From the IMG/VR virus record IMGVR_UViG_3300009421_000002: a stretch of 37,766 nucleotides of DNA; one strand, written 5' to 3'. Below are positions 1-7,666 of the stretch, piece after piece. Numbering within the stretch: the stretch's first letter is position 1; each line of letters begins with the position of its first letter. The position numbers and the translations under genes are program-made. The stretch comes from a virus. The notes beneath the pieces were generated by a model. That model did no database searches and was not told the DNA's origin. It saw only the letters and a list, made by a program, of their open reading frames with translations.

Positions 1-123
1 ATTGGTGTTGCTATAGAAATATTGGCGGTCTTGTTATTGCTAGAAGTAACGTTGTTTCTGGTGGTGCCGGCGTGGCGGCGGTTCTGTCGAGCAAGTGGAT
101 TGCTTTATGTGTTTGCCGGGACA
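1..123. repeat. Left copy of an exact 123-nt terminal redundancy (identical to 37644-37766)
   Basis: The string attggtgttgctatagaaat...tgtgtttgccgggaca occurs at both window ends in the same orientation. No mismatch seen. Confidence 0.95.
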
Positions 124-261
124 ATTCCAATGTTTTTCGCAGTGCTTCTGCCCGCGTACTTAGACGTTAGAGATCCGATATCTCATGTTTATTTTCTGGC
201 CGGGGTTTGCGTATCAGCAGCCGGCGTTCGGATTCTGTACGGGTCTCGGAATAATGAGTGA
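1..261 (+). CDS. 3' part of the same junction-spanning membrane protein
   Basis: Frame 1 is open from base 1 (IGVAIEILAVLLLLEVTLFLVV...) to TGA 259-261. About four hydrophobic helices overall. The ORF track's 22..261 is the TTG-truncated version. Confidence 0.6.
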   Translation: MGVAIEILAVLLLLEVTLFLVVPAWRRFCRASGLLYVFAGTIPMFFAVLLPAYLDVRDPISHVYFLAGVCVSAAGVRILYGSRNNE

Positions 262-637
262 AGCCACATCAGTGGTGTCGAAAGCCGGAGCGATTGCCGG
301 CGGTATAACCGCTGCCACTTCCAAGGTAAGAACTGTTGTTGCACCAGAGCTTTGGGAATTGCCTTGGGAGTCTTTGCTTTTCGCGTCTGGCATTGCGGCG
401 TTCTTCGGCGTGGTCAGCAGGTTGCGCAAAATCGAAGAAGGCTCTCTGGATTGGAGAAGCTTCTGGACGGCCGCAATCTCAGGCGGTTGCTCAGGTCTGA
501 TCGTCTCTGCTTTGATGCTGGGAAACAAAGCCGATCCGCTCTATGTGTTCGCCGCAATGGTTGTGTTCGGACTTTTAGGCGGTAAGGGTCTTGACTTGAT
601 TCTGAATCGCGGCGCTAAACAAGTAGAGGGCAAGTGA
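254..637 (+). CDS. Holin-like membrane protein, about three TM segments
   Basis: ATG 254 overlaps the upstream stop. Hydrophobic segments: LLFASGIAAFFGVV, FWTAAISGGCSGLIVSALML, LYVFAAMVVFGLLGG. Sits in the lysis cluster. The alternative start at 185 would overlap the upstream gene by 77 nt. Confidence 0.5.
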   Translation: MSEATSVVSKAGAIAGGITAATSKVRTVVAPELWELPWESLLFASGIAAFFGVVSRLRKIEEGSLDWRSFWTAAISGGCSGLIVSALMLGNKADPLYVFAAMVVFGLLGGKGLDLILNRGAKQVEGK

Positions 638-777
638 TGACACTCTTTCTATCTCTCGGCTTCGTCCTGATGTGCAGCCAGCCGATGCCAGGGGCTAAGC
701 ATGGTTTGTTGATGATCGACCACCCGATGCTGTTGCGCTATATCCCGTTGAAGGTCAAATGCAAAGGTGACGTTTGA
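637..777 (+). CDS. 46-aa ORF with a hydrophobic N-terminus and Cys13 (MTLFLSLGFVLMCSQPMPG...); possible small lipoprotein or membrane peptide
   Basis: ATGA overlap with the upstream stop (635-637) and TTGA overlap with the downstream start (774). It fills an otherwise empty 136-nt gap. It is below the ORF-track length cutoff. VLMC is not a canonical lipobox. Confidence 0.35.
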   Translation: MTLFLSLGFVLMCSQPMPGAKHGLLMIDHPMLLRYIPLKVKCKGDV

Positions 778-1196
778 TCGTTCGACTACAACGCCTGATC
801 AGCGGTTCACATGGGACGTTTGGCGTGTTGCGCGCCCCAGGCTGGACGGCGCTCAGCATTGAATGTCCGTGGATAAATAATATTCGCAATGTGTCGTGCA
901 TTCCTGATGGGCAATATCGAGTGGTGATGTCTTACTCGCCCAAATTCCGGCGGCGCATGTATGAGATTCTTGACGTACCGGGGCGGTCGGGTATTCGCTT
1001 GCACGGCGGCAACTTAGCCGGAGACCGGACCAAAGGGCTTATTACTCACTTCTCAGGTTGCATAGGGCTTGGCATCCGACAAGGTGTGTTGAGCAACCAG
1101 CGGGCAGTACTCATATCTCAAGCGACCGTCTCGACGTTTGAGAGTCTCATGCAGCACAAAGACTTTGACCTAATCATTGAGGGCGACCATGCTTGA
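774..1196 (+). CDS. DUF5675-family protein (YkuD/L,D-transpeptidase-like H..GC signature); candidate cell-wall enzyme of the lysis cassette
   Basis: Motifs GTFGVL, SCIPDGQY, SPKF, VPGRSGIRLHGGN and SGCIGLG fit my memory of the DUF5675 pattern. TTG start preceded by AAGGTGA. Confidence 0.6.
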   Translation: MIVRLQRLISGSHGTFGVLRAPGWTALSIECPWINNIRNVSCIPDGQYRVVMSYSPKFRRRMYEILDVPGRSGIRLHGGNLAGDRTKGLITHFSGCIGLGIRQGVLSNQRAVLISQATVSTFESLMQHKDFDLIIEGDHA

Positions 1197-1803
1197 ATCT
1201 CTCGCGGGAATTGCTACGGGTGGCTGGGGGCCGATTGTTGGGTCACTGGTTGGATTCGCTGGCGGCATCGTTAATAAGTTCATGGCTTACAAAGTTCGCA
1301 AGCTTGAGATTGCCGACAATGCCAATGCTCGCGCCCACGCCAAAGATATGGCCGTCATCAATTTCAATCGAGAGAAAGAGCTGACGACGCTTGAGATTGA
1401 AGGCCGCGCAAGACAGGCATCAATTGATGGTGAGATTGACATCGAGAAGATGGACTTGGGCAATCTGGGGATCTCGATTGGCGCAGACCGAGCCGCCTAC
1501 CTGTCTGAAGACGCCCAGGCAAAGAGCAAAGTGGTGATGTACGCAATGGCGGTGGTCGATTGGGTGCGCGGCATGACGCGGCCCGTGCTGACTATCTCGC
1601 TGATCTATGGCGCATGGCACATAAACATGCTGTTGATCGGATTTCTGGAGACGCTCAACAACGGCGGATTGCCGGTCAATGTCGTGATTCAACTCACGGT
1701 TATTTCAGTTGTCACTATTCTGACGCTGGCAACGACTGCTGTGGGTTACTGGTTCGGCTCTCGTCCGACTGTGCTCAAGAAGCTGTCCGAGGTGATTAAG
1801 TGA
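1189..1803 (+). CDS. Membrane protein with GTA_holin_3TM-like architecture (N-terminal TM, charged coiled region, C-terminal TM pair)
   Basis: ATG 1189 with SD GAGGG; overlaps the upstream stop. Sequence: GIATGGWGPIVGSLVGFAGGIV, then a charged stretch, then DWVRGMTRPVLTISLIYGAW and VIQLTVISVVTILTLATTAVGYWF. Confidence 0.5.
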   Translation: MLESLAGIATGGWGPIVGSLVGFAGGIVNKFMAYKVRKLEIADNANARAHAKDMAVINFNREKELTTLEIEGRARQASIDGEIDIEKMDLGNLGISIGADRAAYLSEDAQAKSKVVMYAMAVVDWVRGMTRPVLTISLIYGAWHINMLLIGFLETLNNGGLPVNVVIQLTVISVVTILTLATTAVGYWFGSRPTVLKKLSEVIK

Positions 1804-2105
1804 CAGACAAGCAGACCGAGTACCCGTGCGGTCCGTCCTGGCTATGGTGGCGCATCCGCAAATGGATATCACCTAAATGGGCGTGCCCATGCTGCCGAGC
1901 GCATGACAAAGGCTACACAGGCCAAGGGGATCGCAAGCTAGTCGATGCTGAATTCCGCAAATGCCTGATGATTTCTGCATGGCAGACGGGCGGCAGTGAG
2001 GGCCACGCCAATCGAGAGTTGCGGGCGTTCTTAGCGGGCATGTCGGTGACGGCGTTTGGCTGGCTGTTCAAGCGCCCGCGTTGGTGGAACGATCTGGGCC
2101 GCTGA
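1800..2105 (+). CDS. Small Cys-rich protein with a prokaryotic phospholipase-A2-like motif (YPCGPS ... CPCCRAHDKGY)
   Basis: GTG 1800 with SD GAGGTGA at 1789-1795; overlaps the upstream stop. The C-x-R/A-H-D-x-G-Y core resembles the His-Asp dyad motif of bacterial/fungal secreted PLA2. At 101 aa the size fits. Confidence 0.5.
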   Translation: MTDKQTEYPCGPSWLWWRIRKWISPKWACPCCRAHDKGYTGQGDRKLVDAEFRKCLMISAWQTGGSEGHANRELRAFLAGMSVTAFGWLFKRPRWWNDLGR

Positions 2106-2110
2106 CCATT

Positions 2111-2144
2111 TTCGCAAGATCTTGAACCGCAGGGCGGGTTAAAT
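2111..2144 (+). promoter_or_regulatory. Late-promoter-like element A: TTCGCAAGATCTTG, 14 nt, TTAAAT
   Basis: Motif at 2111-2124 and hexamer at 2139-2144, in the 71-nt gap before the 1193-aa gene. The same architecture occurs at 7667 and 32950. Confidence 0.55.
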
Positions 2145-2176
2145 GGCGGCATCCAACATCCACCGCGAGATTATCA

Positions 2177-5100
2177 ATGCCGATTAATGGGCAACCGTTT
2201 AAGGTCATCATGGCCACGGTATTTGACGACCCAAATCAGGCGGGCATTCAGCCCTATCGACCCCCGTTGCCAAAGTACATGCTGGCGCTTGCGCATAATG
2301 ATTTACCCAGCATCCCGGCTGCATACACCGCAGGGACTTATCCAATCCAGTTTGTAAACGGGCGCTGGGAAACAGAAAATCAGTTAGACATTACGACCCA
2401 AGACGCAATTAATGCCAAGGCCAGCTACGATGCCAAGCTGCCGCTGTGGTCGGTGCAGGGTGCGGTTACTGAGCTAATTGCCATTGATATTGAATGCTGG
2501 ATGTTTCCGCCGTTCACTTTTGGCGCGGATCTGCAATACACCATTGACAACATTGTGGACGCAGCACAAAAGCTGCAAGCCACATTGCAACAACCTCTAA
2601 CCTTCTACAACCTGGGCCCCGCGTCCGGCTTAGTTGCGACCAAGCAATACACTGCGCAAAACGACACGCTTGCGCCATTGCGGGGAGCCAATGACTTACT
2701 AATCCCGCAAATCAATCCGCACATTGCTGCATGGACGCCTAAGGCATACGCCGTTTACGACAGCGCAGATCAGACCACTAGCGACGCTGAATGGCAATGG
2801 TGGAAAGATTGGATTTCGTTTCAGGTTTCAGAAGCGCGTCGCTTGTCACCCAATACGCCGATTTATCCTTATCTTTGGTGGGAATACGACCCGGTCGGAG
2901 ATCAAGGGACAGGCACCGCAATTCCAATTAATCGGTGGCGAGAAATGCTCGACCACTGCTTATCTGTTGCTGACGGCGTAACAATCTGGGGCGGCGGTGC
3001 GGCAGAGTGGAGCGACTCAATGCCGTGGTGGGTCGAGCTACAGAGCTTTATGTCTGATAACGGTATAGACCAACCCAAGGAATCAAAAGTGCCATCATTT
3101 ACTGCCGACACCGCCACCCTCAATGCCGTCATATCGGCGGCAGACAATCCGGCCAAACGAGCGGCGGTCAATGCGGGGCTAGGCGAGGGCACACTGACCT
3201 TTGAGCTGGTCGCCCTGAACAGCATCATCACCGGCACATTCTCCGGCTCAGTTTGGGGTGATGCGGTGCTGGCTGTAGATAATGTGCAGCTTGCCAGCGT
3301 CGGCGGGCCAGGTGGGGCTGTAGCAGACGCCACGCGACTGACCGTTACCAATGCAAGCGGGCGATTTGTTCGCTTCCCCCCTGGGGCGTATTCGTTTGTT
3401 GGCGCTGGCGGCTCGGACAACGTACAACCCGGCAATGAGATCCGGGTGACATTCCGATACGAACCTGATCCCGTAACGCCACCAGCAGACGATCTATACA
3501 TCCCGGTTGCCGAGCTAATCGCTGGCATGGAAGAAGCCAGCACGTTACAGCCCGCATTCGGTCAACACACCAACAATGAGGCGGTGATGCGGTCGCCAAC
3601 CTATGATGCTGTTGTCGGCTACCTCGGGGCGGCCCCAGCAGGCCAAGATGACTTTGATGACTTCGTTGAGGAAATTTACCCGTGGCCGTGGGCGTATCCG
3701 GCAACAGGGCATAACGTGGGCATCGGTTTACGGCTCGAGATGCGGCGGCTGAAAGTGTCGGCTTGTCGAAAGAGCACGGGGCAATGGCAAGACTTGCCCG
3801 AGTCAGGCTTAGGCCCAAACCTAGGCTGGAATGGCAACACGCAGACCGGCCCAAGCACCAAACTACGCAACGAAGCAGGCACCGGCAATTTATCTTTTGG
3901 GCCAACTACCATCAATGAAGGCGTGGAAGTCTGGCCGCCCGTTGAAACCTACAAAGACAAAGCGTTATTCCGCGATACCAAAGCCTGGGGCATTGTGTTT
4001 CAGGCGCGGGTGATTGACGACAATGGCGACCCGTACAACGGCGCGGATGGTCGCTTTGCTGTGCAGCTTGGATTTGACCAGTACGGGGGCAGAGAACGCG
4101 GCGGTGACGACAAGTATGCAGCGCCAGCCCGTTATCCTCGGACTCGCGCAGACGGCGGAAACAAGCGCTGGGATCTAGTAACAGGCGGCGACTGGACGAC
4201 CATCGGCCTAATCACAATGGAATCGTTCAAGTTCAACGAGAATCCACATGCTGGCTACGTCCCGCCCTGGCCTTATGACCGCTCGCCTTATGTCCTCACC
4301 CGCCAGCAAGTGCTGGACAATCCGCCATCGTGGGCAACAGGGGGCGGCACATCAACCACTTCATCTATGTTCGGCGGTGTAGTCGATGCCGATCCAAACT
4401 ATGTAGTCAGGCCACGGCCCGCCAATGCGGTGCGCGATCTGATGGTGGCAACGGACCCGGCATGGCTTTGCGGAGAATTCGCGACGGGTTGGCACCAATG
4501 GCTTGGCGTTAAACAAGGCGGTGTGACTTCTACGCATATGCGCCTTGTCGATTGGCGCGACAACGGCAACCCGGATGACGGTGGCATGTTCGTCGGCTCA
4601 GTCGTTAAGAGTCGGCACAACTACGAAACGGCGAGGATTGCCAGATGTGCAGCGCAGAGTAATGGGTGCCCCAAGATTCTGCCAATCTGGATGTTTCCCA
4701 AGTGGATGATTTCAGCGGCCAACATTGCAGAAGTTCAAGCGCGAGGCGGACAGGAAAATCAATTTGGGCAGATATTTAATATCACCCGATACCCGTCATT
4801 CCCTTATGGTGCACACCCGCCCGAAACGTGGGAGTACATCAAGGAGTACGTGAGGGCGATCTATCGTCCCGTGTCTGAGTTGGGCCCAAATGGTGAGCCA
4901 GGACTAGGCTACACAAAAGACAATTGGCCAGTGCTTGAGCTGGGCAACGAACAGAAGTTTGCCAGTCGCACTATCGGTGCGAGTCGTGCGTGGTTTGCGT
5001 CAAGCTCTGCTGTCAATACGCGCTGCTTTAATCTCATGACTATGCGTGAGATGAACGAAGGATTGAGAGCGCTGAAAGAAGTTGCACCGGCTGGTGTGTT

Positions 5101-5758
5101 GGTTGCTGCTGGCGGCTATGAAGGGGATTTCAACGGCAGTGTAGGCAAGACACTGGCCAATCCAAACGCTGAATACTCGTATTTCCAAGCGCAGATGCTG
5201 ACCGATGACAATCACGGCGGACTTGGCATTGATCATGTCGACATTGTTTTTGCTCATCCGTATATGTACGCCTACAACCCAGAGCGCTCGCAAGTCGAGA
5301 TTGACAATTGCAGAGCGCAAATCGAGTGGCTTGCCGCGCATTTGGGAAGGCCTGAAATTGCAGCGATACCATTGCATTGCAACGAAACCGGGCACGAGTC
5401 GCCAAGCGGAGTTGATAACACTTACGGCACCATCACGTATTTGATCAATCAGCAAGGCGCAGCGTCCGCTTATGCCACCACTGCTCGCAACATGAAGCGG
5501 TCAGTTTTAATTTGGGTAGCCAATGGCTCAAAACAGAATTGCTTAGGCGGTAATCACTTTGTCGACCGTCCCTACGGAAACCCGCGTGATTCATATGGCG
5601 AGCGCCAGACTTACGGTGCCCCATCAGAAGTGCCCGAGCTGATCGCTGCAAACCAGTACGGCAATCAGGTGGTCAATAAAGTGGTGCGGCAAGCATACCA
5701 ATTATCAGACGGGCAAATTGTTTGCTACTTTGAAGATGGCACAACCTTACAGGCATAA
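2177..5758 (+). CDS. 1193-aa protein with two glycosidase-like TIM-barrel regions (GH56/hyaluronidase-like N-terminus; clan GH-A-like C-terminus); probable polysaccharide depolymerase
   Basis: N-terminal motifs: IAIDIECW, LTFYNLGP, IYPYLWWEY, DGVTIWGGG. C-terminal motifs: LELGNEQ (Glu codon 4949-4951), AHPYMY, CNETGHE (Glu codon 5384-5386). The two Glu residues are 145 residues apart. Confidence 0.6.
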   Translation: MPINGQPFKVIMATVFDDPNQAGIQPYRPPLPKYMLALAHNDLPSIPAAYTAGTYPIQFVNGRWETENQLDITTQDAINAKASYDAKLPLWSVQGAVTELIAIDIECWMFPPFTFGADLQYTIDNIVDAAQKLQATLQQPLTFYNLGPASGLVATKQYTAQNDTLAPLRGANDLLIPQINPHIAAWTPKAYAVYDSADQTTSDAEWQWWKDWISFQVSEARRLSPNTPIYPYLWWEYDPVGDQGTGTAIPINRWREMLDHCLSVADGVTIWGGGAAEWSDSMPWWVELQSFMSDNGIDQPKESKVPSFTADTATLNAVISAADNPAKRAAVNAGLGEGTLTFELVALNSIITGTFSGSVWGDAVLAVDNVQLASVGGPGGAVADATRLTVTNASGRFVRFPPGAYSFVGAGGSDNVQPGNEIRVTFRYEPDPVTPPADDLYIPVAELIAGMEEASTLQPAFGQHTNNEAVMRSPTYDAVVGYLGAAPAGQDDFDDFVEEIYPWPWAYPATGHNVGIGLRLEMRRLKVSACRKSTGQWQDLPESGLGPNLGWNGNTQTGPSTKLRNEAGTGNLSFGPTTINEGVEVWPPVETYKDKALFRDTKAWGIVFQARVIDDNGDPYNGADGRFAVQLGFDQYGGRERGGDDKYAAPARYPRTRADGGNKRWDLVTGGDWTTIGLITMESFKFNENPHAGYVPPWPYDRSPYVLTRQQVLDNPPSWATGGGTSTTSSMFGGVVDADPNYVVRPRPANAVRDLMVATDPAWLCGEFATGWHQWLGVKQGGVTSTHMRLVDWRDNGNPDDGGMFVGSVVKSRHNYETARIARCAAQSNGCPKILPIWMFPKWMISAANIAEVQARGGQENQFGQIFNITRYPSFPYGAHPPETWEYIKEYVRAIYRPVSELGPNGEPGLGYTKDNWPVLELGNEQKFASRTIGASRAWFASSSAVNTRCFNLMTMREMNEGLRALKEVAPAGVLVAAGGYEGDFNGSVGKTLANPNAEYSYFQAQMLTDDNHGGLGIDHVDIVFAHPYMYAYNPERSQVEIDNCRAQIEWLAAHLGRPEIAAIPLHCNETGHESPSGVDNTYGTITYLINQQGAASAYATTARNMKRSVLIWVANGSKQNCLGGNHFVDRPYGNPRDSYGERQTYGAPSEVPELIAANQYGNQVVNKVVRQAYQLSDGQIVCYFEDGTTLQA

Positions 5759-5760
5759 CA

Positions 5761-7392
5761 ATGGCTCAAGTAGCACTACAAGATTCGAGAGCGTCGACCT
5801 GGGATGGGGCGGCATTCAATACGACAATCACAACAGCGCCAGGGCTAGCGGGCGAACATCAGCTGATTGTCATGACACATTTTTCTGGCACTGTCGCTGC
5901 GCCTGAGTTAAGCGGCTGGCAAAAAGGTGGCACGGTCACTTTGGGCAGCAACAGCTTCACCGCTTACAAAAGAGTGTTGACGGCTGATGTCACCTCGGGC
6001 GGTGTGCAGGCGAGCTTTGCTCAGGCAGTCGAAGGTGAGGCATGGTGCGGCTCGTTCAATGGTGCTATTGGAACTATTACGCCATTCAACGTGCTTGAGT
6101 ACACCGCCACCGCCAGACCCATTGGCGCAGTGACCGCACAAGCGGCGAACGCTTTGCAGTTGTTTGCGGGTGCGACAGATGCTTACCCGAGGCAAGCCGA
6201 CCCATCGACTGGCTGGACAGAATCAAGCGACCGAGCGCAATACGCGGGCGCGGGCGGATTGGCCTTGCATGTCATGCACCGGCCTATTGGCGCAGGCGCT
6301 TCGGGTGCGTCGTCTTACGACATTCGATTGACAGATATAGACGGCGGCACTGGCGGCACTGGCGCAGGAACGCGCACGATGGCGCTCAACATTGCCATTG
6401 AAGAAATTGAGCAGACTAACGTTGCTACGTTTGATGTGCTGGCGGAATTCCCGTCTATTGCGGTGACCGTCACCCCGGATCGCAACACGGTCACCGACAA
6501 CGAAACCGCATCAATCAATGCAAACGTGGTTGGCTCAGACCAGGGCGTGACATACAGCATCGTCCAGGGCGTTGGAACAGTCACCGCGCAAGGTGTCGTC
6601 ACACCAACAGAGCCAGGAACGATTACAGTGCGGGCGGCTAGTGTCGAAGCGCCCTCGGTGTTTGCTGACGCTGTGATTGATGTGCTGCCGGTCGTTCCGA
6701 CAATCAATCCGGTGGCCGCGTCGGTGAGCCCAGCAGCGCTGAGCGGCACTGCCGAGCCTAACGCCACGGTTCAACTGCAGATCTACGGCAACACGATCAC
6801 GACAAGCGCCAACGGTTCGGGTCAGTGGGCCACCAATGTGGCATTGCCCCCTGGCGACTACGAGCTGTTAGCCACGCAAACCAAAAATGGCAAAACCAGT
6901 GGATCGGCCGGACCTGTCGCGGTGCAAGTGCTCGATGATGATGTGGGCGTAACCCTTGACCCGCCCGTCATGTATGCCATTGCAAGCGGTGAGGGCGACA
7001 TCACGATTGCCGGCACCGGGGCAGTTGGTGCGACCGTGCGTCTCAGGTTAAACGGTGCTTTGCTGCCTAGCATGGCCACTGTGGATAGCAATGGCAATTG
7101 GAGCGTGCTGCTTTCGCTGCCCGTGGGTGGTTACAGTGTTGTCGCGTATCAGGTCAAAGACTTGACGACCAGCAACGTCACCGAGCCCAAGCTGTTCAAT
7201 GTTTACATTCCTGTTGCCCCGCCTGCCCCAACAGAATGGGGAGCCCGTCACAATGAAATGACCACGGACAAGCGCGGCGATCTACCAAAACCCCCTGTTA
7301 CTGCCGATGAGTCGCTGGGGGTCGGCTCAGTCAAGACACCCTTTCGCACCCCGAAAGCATGGCCAAAAAAAGGGATTCATAACAAGGAATAG
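5761..7392 (+). CDS. 543-aa structural protein with one Big_2-like Ig domain and two further tandem Ig-like repeats
   Basis: VTVTPDRNTVTDNETASINANVVGSDQGVTYSIV...GTITVRAAS is a typical Big_2 pattern. It is followed by two repeats of the form GTAEPNATVQL...ANGSGQWAT...PGDYELLATQ and GTGAVGATVRL...SNGNWSV...VGGYSVVAYQ. Confidence 0.6.
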   Translation: MAQVALQDSRASTWDGAAFNTTITTAPGLAGEHQLIVMTHFSGTVAAPELSGWQKGGTVTLGSNSFTAYKRVLTADVTSGGVQASFAQAVEGEAWCGSFNGAIGTITPFNVLEYTATARPIGAVTAQAANALQLFAGATDAYPRQADPSTGWTESSDRAQYAGAGGLALHVMHRPIGAGASGASSYDIRLTDIDGGTGGTGAGTRTMALNIAIEEIEQTNVATFDVLAEFPSIAVTVTPDRNTVTDNETASINANVVGSDQGVTYSIVQGVGTVTAQGVVTPTEPGTITVRAASVEAPSVFADAVIDVLPVVPTINPVAASVSPAALSGTAEPNATVQLQIYGNTITTSANGSGQWATNVALPPGDYELLATQTKNGKTSGSAGPVAVQVLDDDVGVTLDPPVMYAIASGEGDITIAGTGAVGATVRLRLNGALLPSMATVDSNGNWSVLLSLPVGGYSVVAYQVKDLTTSNVTEPKLFNVYIPVAPPAPTEWGARHNEMTTDKRGDLPKPPVTADESLGVGSVKTPFRTPKAWPKKGIHNKE

Positions 7393-7395
7393 GCG

Positions 7396-7665
7396 ATGGA
7401 CGGCGAAGTAAACAGCGATGATGAAGCAGCCATTCCTACCGGGCTATCCGACGAAGCCCAGCGCATGGCGCAGCTCTATCATCAGATTTTCGAGATAGAC
7501 CAGCGCGGGGCGGCGGTGCTTGAAGATCTGATGAACCGCTTTAAAAGCCAGACGCCAGCGGTCGAGGGCGGCATTGATGCGGTGCTGACCACGTACCGGA
7601 ATGCAGGCCGGACAGAGGTCATAGACTTCGTGATTCGGCGTATCAACCAAGGGCGTGAACGCTAA
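7396..7665 (+). CDS. Bbp19-like small protein
   Basis: LYHQIFEIDQRGAAVLEDLMNRF...AGRTEVIDFVIRRI fits the Bbp19-family pattern as I remember it. It sits immediately upstream of the scaffold and capsid genes, as I recall for BPP-1. Confidence 0.5.
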   Translation: MDGEVNSDDEAAIPTGLSDEAQRMAQLYHQIFEIDQRGAAVLEDLMNRFKSQTPAVEGGIDAVLTTYRNAGRTEVIDFVIRRINQGRER

Positions 7666-7666
7666 T

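Noticed and set aside
2902-3905. Long antisense ORFs (2902-3543 and 3345-3905 on the minus strand) inside the 1193-aa gene. Similar cases: 5000-5455, 6315-6767, 17044-17802, 19194-19673, 20743-21399, 32314-32907, 35103-35615.
   Set aside because: They are fully embedded opposite well-supported genes. They have Arg/Ser/Pro/Ala-rich junk-like composition and no SD or operon logic. This is the expected by-product of GC-rich codon usage.
5761-7392. Diversity-generating retroelement, which I looked for because the capsid module resembles BPP-1.
   Set aside because: There is no reverse-transcriptase-sized ORF and no VR/TR-type nucleotide repeat near any tail gene. The Ig-like repeats are similar only at the protein level.
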